Source: Candidatus Margulisiibacteriota bacterium (GTDB taxonomy: Bacteria > Margulisbacteria > WOR-1 > O2-12-FULL-45-9). From it: DNA of 32,613 bases. Positions 1 to 8,561 of this stretch are shown piece after piece. The DNA lies in assembly GCA_034723395.1 (NCBI GenBank), contig JAYEOW010000039.1, positions 1 to 32,613 on the forward strand. Reading direction: 5' to 3'. The position numbers were made by a program, and so were the translations under genes. The notes beneath the pieces were generated by a model, which saw only the letters and a program-made list of their open reading frames with translations, was not told the DNA's origin and made no database searches. Every line of letters begins with the position of its first letter. Position 1 is the first letter of the stretch.

Positions 1-125
1 AAATGATCAAACGGTTAAGTTTCGGCTTTCGCAATGTCCAAATTTACATCAGAAAAATGATGCTGGCGTTTATTCCCATTACTTATCTAGGAGGTTTAGT
101 TTGGCACACTTTTTGCTGAGGAGCC
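1..125 (+). mobile_element. Right end of an ISL3-family insertion sequence (truncated by window edge)
   Basis: Frame from nt 3 reads MIKRLSFGFRNVQIYIRKMMLAF...HTFC* (stop 117-119), matching the ISL3 transposase C-terminal IKRxxxGFRN motif. It is followed by GAGCC (121-125), the reverse complement of the GGCTC ISL3 terminus, and an A-rich flank. Confidence 0.8.
3..119 (+). CDS. ISL3-family transposase, C-terminal fragment (5' partial)
   Basis: Manual translation shows the KRLSFGFRN motif; not in the ORF track because it is truncated. Confidence 0.78.
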   Translation: MIKRLSFGFRNVQIYIRKMMLAFIPITYLGGLVWHTFC

Positions 126-134
126 AAAAACGTC

Positions 135-163
135 TTGACTTTGCCGTCCCAAGGTTATATCTT
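135..163 (+). promoter_or_regulatory. Putative sigma70 promoter for the 251..904 gene
   Basis: TTGACT (135-140), 17 nt spacer, TATCTT (158-163). Confidence 0.5.
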
Positions 164-250
164 TTAGGTAAATTAAAAAAGGAGGAGTGTTAAAAGAAAA
201 AGATTAGTCCCGATTTAATTAACAAGGACCTCGGTCCGAAGGAGAAAAAG

Positions 251-904
251 ATGAGAACATTTTTGGTTTCTTTACTTTTGGCAGTTTTTCTAATTTCTAC
301 GGCATCCGCTGAACTACTGACCACGGCAAATCCCATTGGCCAGGGAAAGTGGGCGTTCGAGCTTCTCGGGTTGCAAAATCAAAATGCCAGCAATAACTCC
401 GCTTATTCGCAAACCGCTTATGGCGGCTATGCCGGCTATGGATTGACGGATAAGCTCGACCTTCTTGTCAACGTCGCGTCAGCGAATATGAGCGGATTAC
501 CCACGGGGATGGAGATCTCCGGTACCGCTATCGGAGCCAATCTAAAATATGCGGTCATCGAAGAAGCCCCGGTTTCAGTCGCGGTCGGCCTTGGATATAA
601 ATCAACGAACACAACAATTAAAACGATCACGACCACTAACACTCCCGGAACCCAAATGATGCTCGGGATCGGGGTCAGCAAGATAATGGCGCCTTTTATC
701 CCTTACGGCGGGGTCGCTTATCGAAAAACCGCGTCGAATGGGACCGATGCATCGACCCAGCTGGATGGAACAATTGGCAGCGCGATCGCCTGGTCGAAAC
801 AAGGAGCTATCTTTATTGAATATACCCTACAGTCGATCACCCTTACCGGCGGAACCAATTATTCCAGCGGCCAAATCGCGCTCGGCGTAGGATACAAAAT
901 TTAA
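251..904 (+). CDS. Exported, probable outer-membrane beta-barrel protein
   Basis: Sec signal peptide (MRTFLVSLLLAVFLISTASA), alternating Gly/aromatic beta-strands (YGGYAGYGL, PYGGVAY), C-terminal strand IALGVGYKI; SD AAGGAG upstream. Confidence 0.7.
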   Translation: MRTFLVSLLLAVFLISTASAELLTTANPIGQGKWAFELLGLQNQNASNNSAYSQTAYGGYAGYGLTDKLDLLVNVASANMSGLPTGMEISGTAIGANLKYAVIEEAPVSVAVGLGYKSTNTTIKTITTTNTPGTQMMLGIGVSKIMAPFIPYGGVAYRKTASNGTDASTQLDGTIGSAIAWSKQGAIFIEYTLQSITLTGGTNYSSGQIALGVGYKI

Positions 905-927
905 TCTTCCCGGATCATTTTAATATC

Positions 928-959
928 AAAGCCCTCGCTTTATAGCGAGGGCTTTTTTT
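928..959 (+). terminator. Rho-independent terminator
   Basis: AAAGCCCTCGCT-ttat-AGCGAGGGCTTT perfect hairpin followed by a T-run. Confidence 0.9.
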
Positions 960-1004
960 ATGTGCTAGAATACGCTTAGTTAAACAAAAAATGAGGTGTA
1001 CGTT

Positions 1005-1940
1005 ATGCTTGCTACTGTTACTTTAAATCCTGCTTTCGACCATCTTTTATTAATTCCCGATATCAATTTAGGGACCTTTAATCGCGCAAAAACCACTGCC
1101 CGTATGCCGGGCGGAAAGGGGATCAATGTCGCCTCTTCGCTTGCTATTTTAGGAAACGAAGTTGTAGCCACCGGACTCTTGGGGGGCCAGGGGTGCCCGG
1201 TATTTGAAGGAGCGCTTAGAAAAATCGGGGTTACCACCAATTTTATCTATGTCGACCAGGAGATCCGCACCGATTTTTTTATTATGGAAGAAGGCAAGCG
1301 CCGGCAAACCCTGATCGTAGAAAAAGGGAACCCAATTGGGCTCCGTTACCTGAATAGCTTTAAAGCGAACTTTGAGCGGCTTCTATCTTCTATCGACCTT
1401 GTGGAAATTGGCGGAAGCTTACCCAGCGGGGTCGCCCCTAATTTTATTAAAGAATTAGTCGCAGCCGCTAACAAAAAAAATATTGATGTTGTCCTTAATT
1501 TACCGGAAGATATCCTCCAGGAGTGCGCGCAGGGGACAAAACAGTTTATCGTCTGTCCCGACCTCCGCGAGAACAAGAATATGTTCGGTAAAGATATCTA
1601 CGATGCCGCGGCCCGCCTCGAAATAATTAAAGAACTAAGGAAAAAAGAGACAGAAATAATCATCCTTAAGTTTGGCAACTTGAACTATCTGGTCGCGTCC
1701 AAAGATGAGATCTGGGAAGGCGAAATCGAACTCAGTGATTATACGGTTATGATCGGAGTTCGTGATGCCTTTTTAGCCGGTTTTATCCACAAATACAAGG
1801 AAAAAGAAAGTATCGGCGAGGCTTTAAAATATGGATTGGGCGCCGGCCGGTCGGCGGCTTTAAATAACCGGAACCATCCAAAATCTAAAAGTGAAGTCGA
1901 AGAGTTTTATTTAATGGCGAAGGCAAGGAAGGTCGGTTAA
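1005..1940 (+). CDS. 1-phosphofructokinase/hexose-kinase-like PfkB family protein (atypical catalytic motif)
   Basis: TVTLNPAFD, PGGKGINVA and GGSLPSGV motifs. Start placed at ATG 1005 behind SD GAGGTG (993-998). The usual GAGD motif reads GVRD. Confidence 0.85.
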   Translation: MLATVTLNPAFDHLLLIPDINLGTFNRAKTTARMPGGKGINVASSLAILGNEVVATGLLGGQGCPVFEGALRKIGVTTNFIYVDQEIRTDFFIMEEGKRRQTLIVEKGNPIGLRYLNSFKANFERLLSSIDLVEIGGSLPSGVAPNFIKELVAAANKKNIDVVLNLPEDILQECAQGTKQFIVCPDLRENKNMFGKDIYDAAARLEIIKELRKKETEIIILKFGNLNYLVASKDEIWEGEIELSDYTVMIGVRDAFLAGFIHKYKEKESIGEALKYGLGAGRSAALNNRNHPKSKSEVEEFYLMAKARKVG

Positions 1941-1941
1941 A

Positions 1942-2397
1942 ATGAAAAAAGTAAAAGATTTTATTACCCGGGACCTGACTTCGGTTACCGAAGACACTCC
2001 GCTAAAAGATGTTGCCGAACTTCTTTCGCTGCGAGGGGTAAATGGCATACCGGTGGTAAACATGAAGAACGAAGTTACCGGTTGGATATCCGAGCGGGAC
2101 CTTATCACTTCGATCTTTCCCGAAAAATTCCAGGCTGAAAATCCCGACTTGATCGGCTTCATAAACCTTTCTAAGGTCGTAAAAAAACTGACCCAGGTTG
2201 GCGAGGCCATGGTAAAAGATCATATGATCAGAACTTTTCACCCGGTCAAAGAAGAGACCCTGGCCTCAGATGTTGCTGACATAATGCTGCAAAAAAACCT
2301 AAAACGCATACCGGTACTAAGGCACAAACGCCTGGTCGGAGTGGTTGATCGCGCAAGTTTGGCGCACATATTATTAGAAGAGGGGTCGCTCGATTGA
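1942..2397 (+). CDS. Tandem CBS-domain protein
   Basis: Two CBS repeats (GIPVVN...VTGWISERDL; KRIPVL...LVGVVDRASL). Confidence 0.9.
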   Translation: MKKVKDFITRDLTSVTEDTPLKDVAELLSLRGVNGIPVVNMKNEVTGWISERDLITSIFPEKFQAENPDLIGFINLSKVVKKLTQVGEAMVKDHMIRTFHPVKEETLASDVADIMLQKNLKRIPVLRHKRLVGVVDRASLAHILLEEGSLD

Positions 2398-3623
2398 TCC
2401 CATCGATCACCGAAATTCTTAATGTCATTAACCAAGATGTCTTTATCTTATCGGCCGCCCTGCTTATCGTCGGTTTCGCCTCCGGCCGGTTAGTCAGCAT
2501 CATCCGCCTCCCGCGGGTTACCGGATATATAATTGCCGGGGTAGTTTTTGGCCCTTCTCTCTTAAAGGTATTTTCCGAAAATTCTCTCTCCCATCTCGAA
2601 TTTATCCCCCAGCTCGCGCTGGGGATAATCGCCCTGGTTATCGGGGCCGGACTAAGCCTTAGCCTGGTCAAAAGGCTTGGATTCCGCCTGATCTTGATCA
2701 CCCTTCTCCAGGCTGTTGGGGCTTTCCTTTTTGTATTTGTCTTCCTGTTTATCTTCAAAATGCCGCTGGGGGCCGCCCTCCCCCTCGCCGCAATTGCTAC
2801 GGCAACCGCGCCGGCGGCAACCGTCGCGGTAATAAAGGAATGCCGCGCGCGCGGGCCCTTTACCGAAACAATCCTGGCCGTAGTCGCTTTAGATGACGCG
2901 ATCGCGATCATCTTGTTCGGTCTAGTATTAACCTTTGACCCTAAGCATCTGACTGAATTTGGCTCCGGTGCCCTCCATTCGCTGTCAAATTCATTTGTTG
3001 AAATATTACTGGCCTTAGTTATCGGCCTTGTTCTTGGAATAATTGCCCACTCTTTAATAAAGATCACCAAAGAAAAGACAGATACGCTAATTATCATTCT
3101 GGGGATGGTACTTTTGGGGATCGGGGTCTCTACGATCTCCCATGTCTCCGCCCTTTTGACAAATATGTTCTTAGGGCTAACCCTTATTAATATCTCTTCC
3201 CGCAATGAGGATATCATAGTAAATCTCGAGCGCCTAACCCCTCCCATATATTGTTTCTTTTTTGTTCTAGCCGGCGCGTACCTCAACCTTAATATTTTTA
3301 TTACCGCCGGGACCGTGCTGATCATCTGGGGAATTATTTTTGTTATGATGCGCATCGCAGGGAAGGTGCTCGGGGCGTATGCTGGGGGAGCCCTTTCGGG
3401 ATCATCCGATGCGGTACGGAAATACCTCGGCTTAACCCTTATCCCGCAAGCTGGTGTTGCCATCGGTCTAACTTTGCTGATTACCAAAGGGTCCCCATAT
3501 TACGATTTCCGAACTATTATATTAAATATCACCCTAATTTCCGTTGCTTTTAACGAAATTATCGGGCCGATCTGCACCAAGTACGCCCTGTTCAAGGCCA
3601 GGGAAGCAATTGTAGAAAAATAA
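2394..3623 (+). CDS. Cation:proton antiporter (Na+/H+ exchanger, Kef-like membrane domain)
   Basis: About 12 hydrophobic segments; LPRVTGYIIAG, ATAPAAT, VVALDDA and PQAGVAIGL motifs; TTG start overlapping the upstream stop. Confidence 0.9.
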   Translation: MIPSITEILNVINQDVFILSAALLIVGFASGRLVSIIRLPRVTGYIIAGVVFGPSLLKVFSENSLSHLEFIPQLALGIIALVIGAGLSLSLVKRLGFRLILITLLQAVGAFLFVFVFLFIFKMPLGAALPLAAIATATAPAATVAVIKECRARGPFTETILAVVALDDAIAIILFGLVLTFDPKHLTEFGSGALHSLSNSFVEILLALVIGLVLGIIAHSLIKITKEKTDTLIIILGMVLLGIGVSTISHVSALLTNMFLGLTLINISSRNEDIIVNLERLTPPIYCFFFVLAGAYLNLNIFITAGTVLIIWGIIFVMMRIAGKVLGAYAGGALSGSSDAVRKYLGLTLIPQAGVAIGLTLLITKGSPYYDFRTIILNITLISVAFNEIIGPICTKYALFKAREAIVEK

Positions 3624-3637
3624 ACTGGGGGTAAAAA

Positions 3638-4024
3638 ATGGCAAAAAAGAAAACTAACGGCAAAGGGAAAAAAGTACTCATCATAGAAGACTACCCGGCA
3701 ACATCCGAAATGATATTAAACTTTCTGGAAACCGAGGGAATCAAGGCATCGGTCGCGCCGGATGGCCTCATTGGGCTAAAAATGGTCGGATCGGAAAAAC
3801 CTGACCTGATCTTATTGGACATCATGATGCCGGAGATGAACGGGTTTGAAGTATTAGAGAAATTAAAAAGCGACCCTAAAACAGCAAAGATCCCGGTAAT
3901 TGTGGTTTCGATAAGGGCCTCCGAAGACAGTATAAATAAGGGGAAAGGCCTCGGCGCTGATGATTATATTCCTAAGCCCTTTGATCCGTTTAAATTGATG
4001 GAAGTGGTCAGGAAGTTTCTTTAG
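3638..4024 (+). CDS. Single-domain response regulator (receiver only)
   Basis: VLIIED, PDLILLDIMMPEMNG, GADDYIPKPF; no output domain. Confidence 0.93.
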   Translation: MAKKKTNGKGKKVLIIEDYPATSEMILNFLETEGIKASVAPDGLIGLKMVGSEKPDLILLDIMMPEMNGFEVLEKLKSDPKTAKIPVIVVSIRASEDSINKGKGLGADDYIPKPFDPFKLMEVVRKFL

Positions 4025-4844
4025 TAGATTCAAAAACTACCAGAGCTTTAATAAGCCTGTCTACTTTTTTGGCTAATTTATTTTCCTTTAGCATTTTATT
4101 AAATTCATTTCTGGTCAGCGCCGGACGGCAAAACCATTTTCCCGGGAAATAAAAAAGCTCCATCATCAGGTCGGTGATCCATCTCTCTTTTTTTACGACT
4201 AAAGAACCAAAAAAAGCGCTCCCCTTTTTTAATACCCGTGACATTTGCCGCATCCCCGCCTCTTTTTCGGGAAAAGAGTGGATCCCGTTTAGAGTAAGCA
4301 AACCGTCAAATGCCCCATCTTTAAATGGGAGCTTGGCTACATCTGCCCTCACAACCACCACATTTTTTAACCCCATTTTATCTATCTTGCTTTTAGCCTC
4401 TTTTACCATCCCCCATGAATAATCGATCGCTACAAATAAAATATCAGGATGTTTCGCGTACTCCCTTATGGTGTGGATTCCAGTTCCAATCGGGACCTCT
4501 AAAACAATTCCCCTTTTCACCCTTTGAAATAGCTTTCTGGTTATATTCTCACACTCCTTGATATCATCGTAGCCGTATCCCAGCAGCAAGTATTTTAAAA
4601 GCCTCCAGCGAAACTTATTCCCCTCCATATAATCATCATACATAAAAAGTGACTGGTCATAGGCCTCCCCGATTTTTTTGTGCTTTGTATTTGACTCCGG
4701 GCCAACAAAATTTATTATCCCGTTAATTTCCGGATAGAAAATATCTTTATCTTTTTCCAGGAAGCCCCGCCTTCCCTCTTTTTCAAAATACGAAAGCGTC
4801 GAATCCGTCCGCGGACATTTAATGATCTCTTCTAAGCGTTCCAT
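4008..4844 (-). CDS. Class I SAM-dependent methyltransferase with Trm112-like N-terminus
   Basis: VLEVPIGTG motif I, AIDYSWGM, ADVAKLPFKDGAFD; N-terminal IIKCPRT...YPEINGIINF; SD AAGGAG. Confidence 0.88.
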   Translation of the reverse strand: MERLEEIIKCPRTDSTLSYFEKEGRRGFLEKDKDIFYPEINGIINFVGPESNTKHKKIGEAYDQSLFMYDDYMEGNKFRWRLLKYLLLGYGYDDIKECENITRKLFQRVKRGIVLEVPIGTGIHTIREYAKHPDILFVAIDYSWGMVKEAKSKIDKMGLKNVVVVRADVAKLPFKDGAFDGLLTLNGIHSFPEKEAGMRQMSRVLKKGSAFFGSLVVKKERWITDLMMELFYFPGKWFCRPALTRNEFNKMLKENKLAKKVDRLIKALVVFESTKETS

Positions 4845-4874
4845 GCTGTCTCCTTTGCAGGTTTATTTAATACA

Positions 4875-4925
4875 ATTATAGCAATAAATATGTACATTGA
4901 CACTGCTCAAAAAATATATAATAAT
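4875..4925. promoter_or_regulatory. Overlapping divergent promoter region (methyltransferase / ketosynthase)
   Basis: Minus strand TGcTATAAT (4883-4875); plus strand TTGACA (4897-4902) followed by an AT-rich -10 region (TATAATAAT, 4917-4925). Confidence 0.5.
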
Positions 4926-4961
4926 AAACCATTCTAATTCTTATACGAAAGGAGTCGTAAA

Positions 4962-6068
4962 ATGACCACACTAAAAGAGGTTGAGTTAGTTTCCACTGGA
5001 GTATACCTGCCCGGCGAACCGGTTCCCTTTGAAAAAATCGAAGAAAGGATAGGACATCTTGACCGCGCAACTCCCAGGATCCAAAAACTCGTTAAAAAAC
5101 TAAAGCCTTCAATTAAAAAGTTGCTCGGAATCGATCAATGTTACTTTGCCATAAACCCGGTAACAAAAAAAGTTACCGAAAGTAATACTAGTATGAGCAC
5201 AAAAGCGATCCAACATGCTCTAGGCAAAGCAAAAATGGAAGCCAATGAAATTGACTGCATTATATTAGCTAACCCTCTCTCTGATTATCAAACTCCCCCA
5301 ACAACAACTCTGATCCAAGAAAGCCTGGGGATTGAAAATTGCGCAGAGATCGAGGTTCATTCTAATTGCACAGGAATCACTAAGGCAATGCAGATTGCGT
5401 TTGATTCTCTGCGATTGGGAAGATATAAAAACGTCGCTATATCATATTCGCAGTTATCATCTGCTTATCTTTTGTCTGATATTTATAATCAAGAAAAAGT
5501 AAAAAGCGAAAATCTCCTTCTTCGCTGGTTCCTGTCGGATAGTGCAAGCGCCGTAATTCTTAAGGCCAGAGATTCGTTTGATACAGGCATTAAGGTGGTA
5601 GGGGTCCATAATGAGTCCCTTGGCTGCAAACACAAACCCGCAATGTGGTCCAGGCTTGGGGCAAAAAATATAAACCTGCCAGAGGTATTTGAAGCAGGCA
5701 TCCATCACCTTGGCCAGGATTATTCTGCAGTAAACAACCTCGCCCCTGAATTTATTGCTTGCGGATTCGAAAAATTATTAAATCATACAAAAACGAATAT
5801 TAATAAGATCGATCATGCGCTCTCAACTATCCCCTCTATCATGCTTTTTGACAAGATCCGGAATCATGTCGATGGCAGGCTATCAATATCCGCCGACAAA
5901 TGGTTCTGTAATATGCAGAATAAGGGGTATAGCGGCGGTTCATCAGTTATCATCGGCCTCGATGAAATGATCGATACAAATGTATTTAAAAAGAATGAAA
6001 CCCTTGCCTGTGTTACAATAGAATCGAGTAAATGGATGGTTGGAGGATTTATTCTTGAATATCTATAA
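4962..6068 (+). CDS. FabH/KS-III-fold condensing enzyme, DarB/StlD-like
   Basis: GVYLPGEPV N-terminus, catalytic Cys in HSNCTG, LRWFLSDSASAVIL (DarB/StlD-type LRWMLSDGAGA), KWFCNM..GYSGGSS, IESSKW; SD AAAGGAG. Confidence 0.8.
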   Translation: MTTLKEVELVSTGVYLPGEPVPFEKIEERIGHLDRATPRIQKLVKKLKPSIKKLLGIDQCYFAINPVTKKVTESNTSMSTKAIQHALGKAKMEANEIDCIILANPLSDYQTPPTTTLIQESLGIENCAEIEVHSNCTGITKAMQIAFDSLRLGRYKNVAISYSQLSSAYLLSDIYNQEKVKSENLLLRWFLSDSASAVILKARDSFDTGIKVVGVHNESLGCKHKPAMWSRLGAKNINLPEVFEAGIHHLGQDYSAVNNLAPEFIACGFEKLLNHTKTNINKIDHALSTIPSIMLFDKIRNHVDGRLSISADKWFCNMQNKGYSGGSSVIIGLDEMIDTNVFKKNETLACVTIESSKWMVGGFILEYL

Positions 6069-6071
6069 AAA

Positions 6072-8561
6072 ATGATCTTTAAACCTGTTCTAACTGCTTC
6101 AATTTTGTTGTTCATTTGTGCCTTTGCTAATTTCTTTCTAGGATTTATTGTTTTTGCGAAGTCTAAGCGAACTATATCTCAAATAATATTTGCTTTTGTC
6201 TCTCTCTCTCTGGCACTCTGGTGCGTGGGAATTGGGTTATTTAGTTCAAACCTTTTTCCTATTGTTAGATCAGTTGGAATAAGGTTGGGGTTTTTTGCCG
6301 CAGCCCCTATTCCCTATCTCGCATTATTGTTAAGCTTTACTTTCCCTCAGAAGAAGTTACATATAAATAAATATGTAGTTGCGGCCCTTTTTATCCCCTC
6401 CCTTATATTGATAGTTTCAGTTTTTGACGGGATGCTACTCAAGCCTATTTCTACTAGCGAAGGAATATTTCTTGAGCTCGGACCATTAAATATGCTTTAT
6501 GCTCTTCATTTTATTATTTATTTTTTTGTTGCTATTTATAATTTTGTTAAGGGTTACTTCAATTCATCGTTTAGCGAGAAAAATAGATTTAAATATCTTT
6601 TTGCCGGAATAATCATTTCGTCCTTAATTGGCATCCTTTTCAATGTGAGCCTGGTTTCATTTTTCGGTTTGAGCAAAATGGTCTACATTGGTCCAATGGG
6701 CACGATCTTCCTTGTGGCTTTCACCACATACGCTATTCTTAAACACCGCATCATGGACATCGCGCTGGTCATTAAAAAAACTACCGCTTATTCCCTGGTA
6801 ACCACCGGAATAACTTTTGTATATGTTTTCGTCGTCCTCGGTTTTGAGTTCGCCTTTCGCGCTATTTTTGGATATTACTCTTTCCTCGCCTCCGCCCCCG
6901 CTGCTTTGGTCATTGCGGTTACATTTATCCCCCTGCGTGACCGCTTTCAAAAGATCACCGACCAGGTATTTTTTAGAAAAACACTCGAATACCAGAACAT
7001 TATTAAAGATGTTACCCGCTTAATCGTCTCGGTCACCGACTTAAACACTCTTTTCCGCCTGATCGACCGCACCATCATCCGGGCAATGTGCGCTAAGAAT
7101 GCCTCTATCCTTTTGCTTGAAGAAAAAGAGAACCATTTTCTCGTAGAAAAAGTAAGCGGGGTCCCAAAAATCGTAAAAGGGATAAAACTCTCCCTCGATG
7201 ACCATCTTGTCCGGTATTTTTACGAAAGAAAAGATGCCGTTGTCCTGGATGAGGTAAACGGCCTTATTCAAAGCGATATAATCTCGCAAAAAGAGAAAGA
7301 GAAATTGATAAAAGTCAGCGAAGAGATGGCCCATTTCGAAAGCGCGGTTACCATCCCCTCCTTTCTCAAAGGTAAATTAGTAGGCATTTTAAACCTTGGC
7401 GAAAAGTTATCCGGAGAACTCTACAACCCTGACGACCTGGAACTCCTGCTCACCATGGCCTCCGAAGCTGCGATCGCAATTGAAAACGCAAAACTCTATC
7501 GGGATATAACCGAGACCAGAGATTATCTTAACAATCTTGTTGAAGGATCGGACGACGCCATCTTAACTGTTGACCTCGAAGGAAAAGTCCTCTCCTGGAA
7601 CGAAGGGGCCAGTAAAATATTTGGCTTTACCCCCTCGGAAGTGCTCGGCAACCAGCCCCCGTTCTTTTCCCATGAAGAGACAATTCAACTAGTTAATAAG
7701 GTCCTTAGTAAAGAGGTGCTTAAGGCAATTGAGCTAGACAGAAAGAATAAATTCGGCCGGAACGTTCCGTTATTGCTTACCGCATCTCATGTAAAAGACA
7801 CCAACGGAAATATTATTGCGATTTCTGCCATCCTAAAAGATATCACCGAACTGAGAAAAGTTGACCAAATGAAGCACGAATTCCTCTCCATCGTCAGCCA
7901 TGAGCTTAGGACACCGCTCACCCCAATTAAGGGATATACCGCCATGCTTATGGCAGAAAAACTTGGAGAGATAAATTCCAGGCAAAAGAACGCGCTCGAA
8001 ATGATCTCCAAGCAAAGCAACCATCTGCACGAATTGATCGATAGTGTAATTGATATTGCCCGGATCGAATCTGGCAAAAAGATCAGCCTGCAAAAAGAGC
8101 CGATCTTCCTGGAAGATATTATTAACGAGAGTATCAAGATTATTTCGGAATCATCTCTTAGCAAGTCGGTAAATATTGAATTTACTGCTCCACCGGATCG
8201 CAGCGCTTTTTTAGGGGACCGCAAAAAACTGATCCGGGTATTGGACAACCTCCTTGGAAATGCGATCAAGTTTACTCCTGCCAAAGGGAATATCACGGTT
8301 ACGCTCGAAAAGATCAAAGAAGATATCATAATTTCTGTCTCCGACACCGGGATCGGCCTGGATGCTGGTGAAACCAAAAAAATATTTGAACGCTTCTACC
8401 AGGTTGATACTTCTTATACCAGATCATCGGGCGGGATGGGGATGGGGTTGTCGATCGCCCGTGAGATCATCGAGGCGCACAACGGAAGTATCTGGGCCGA
8501 ATCCAAAGGGGCCGGCAAAGGAACTTCTCTTATATTAAAGCTTCCGATCGAGATTAAGTAG
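6072..8561 (+). CDS. Membrane sensor histidine kinase (N-terminal 7TM-type sensor, GAF, PAS, HisKA, HATPase)
   Basis: Multi-TM N-terminus; GAF end LGEKLSG...AAIAIENA; PAS DAILTVDLEGKVLSWNEGA; H-box SHELRTPLTPI; N/G boxes NLLGNAIKFT, DTGIG, GGMGMGLSI. Confidence 0.95.
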   Translation: MIFKPVLTASILLFICAFANFFLGFIVFAKSKRTISQIIFAFVSLSLALWCVGIGLFSSNLFPIVRSVGIRLGFFAAAPIPYLALLLSFTFPQKKLHINKYVVAALFIPSLILIVSVFDGMLLKPISTSEGIFLELGPLNMLYALHFIIYFFVAIYNFVKGYFNSSFSEKNRFKYLFAGIIISSLIGILFNVSLVSFFGLSKMVYIGPMGTIFLVAFTTYAILKHRIMDIALVIKKTTAYSLVTTGITFVYVFVVLGFEFAFRAIFGYYSFLASAPAALVIAVTFIPLRDRFQKITDQVFFRKTLEYQNIIKDVTRLIVSVTDLNTLFRLIDRTIIRAMCAKNASILLLEEKENHFLVEKVSGVPKIVKGIKLSLDDHLVRYFYERKDAVVLDEVNGLIQSDIISQKEKEKLIKVSEEMAHFESAVTIPSFLKGKLVGILNLGEKLSGELYNPDDLELLLTMASEAAIAIENAKLYRDITETRDYLNNLVEGSDDAILTVDLEGKVLSWNEGASKIFGFTPSEVLGNQPPFFSHEETIQLVNKVLSKEVLKAIELDRKNKFGRNVPLLLTASHVKDTNGNIIAISAILKDITELRKVDQMKHEFLSIVSHELRTPLTPIKGYTAMLMAEKLGEINSRQKNALEMISKQSNHLHELIDSVIDIARIESGKKISLQKEPIFLEDIINESIKIISESSLSKSVNIEFTAPPDRSAFLGDRKKLIRVLDNLLGNAIKFTPAKGNITVTLEKIKEDIIISVSDTGIGLDAGETKKIFERFYQVDTSYTRSSGGMGMGLSIAREIIEAHNGSIWAESKGAGKGTSLILKLPIEIK

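Noticed and set aside
179..240. Extra SD-like AAGGAGG with tiny GTG ORF and small GGACC/GGTCC hairpin in the OMP leader
   Set aside because: SD-start spacing is too short and the hairpin too small to support a regulatory call.
2246..3487. 413 aa antisense ORF
   Set aside because: Shadow of the hydrophobic antiporter gene; no recognisable motifs.
7787..8377. 196 aa antisense ORF, and similar short antisense ORFs within ftsK, pyrB, ilvD and ilvB
   Set aside because: They lie opposite well-supported genes and lack independent coding signals.
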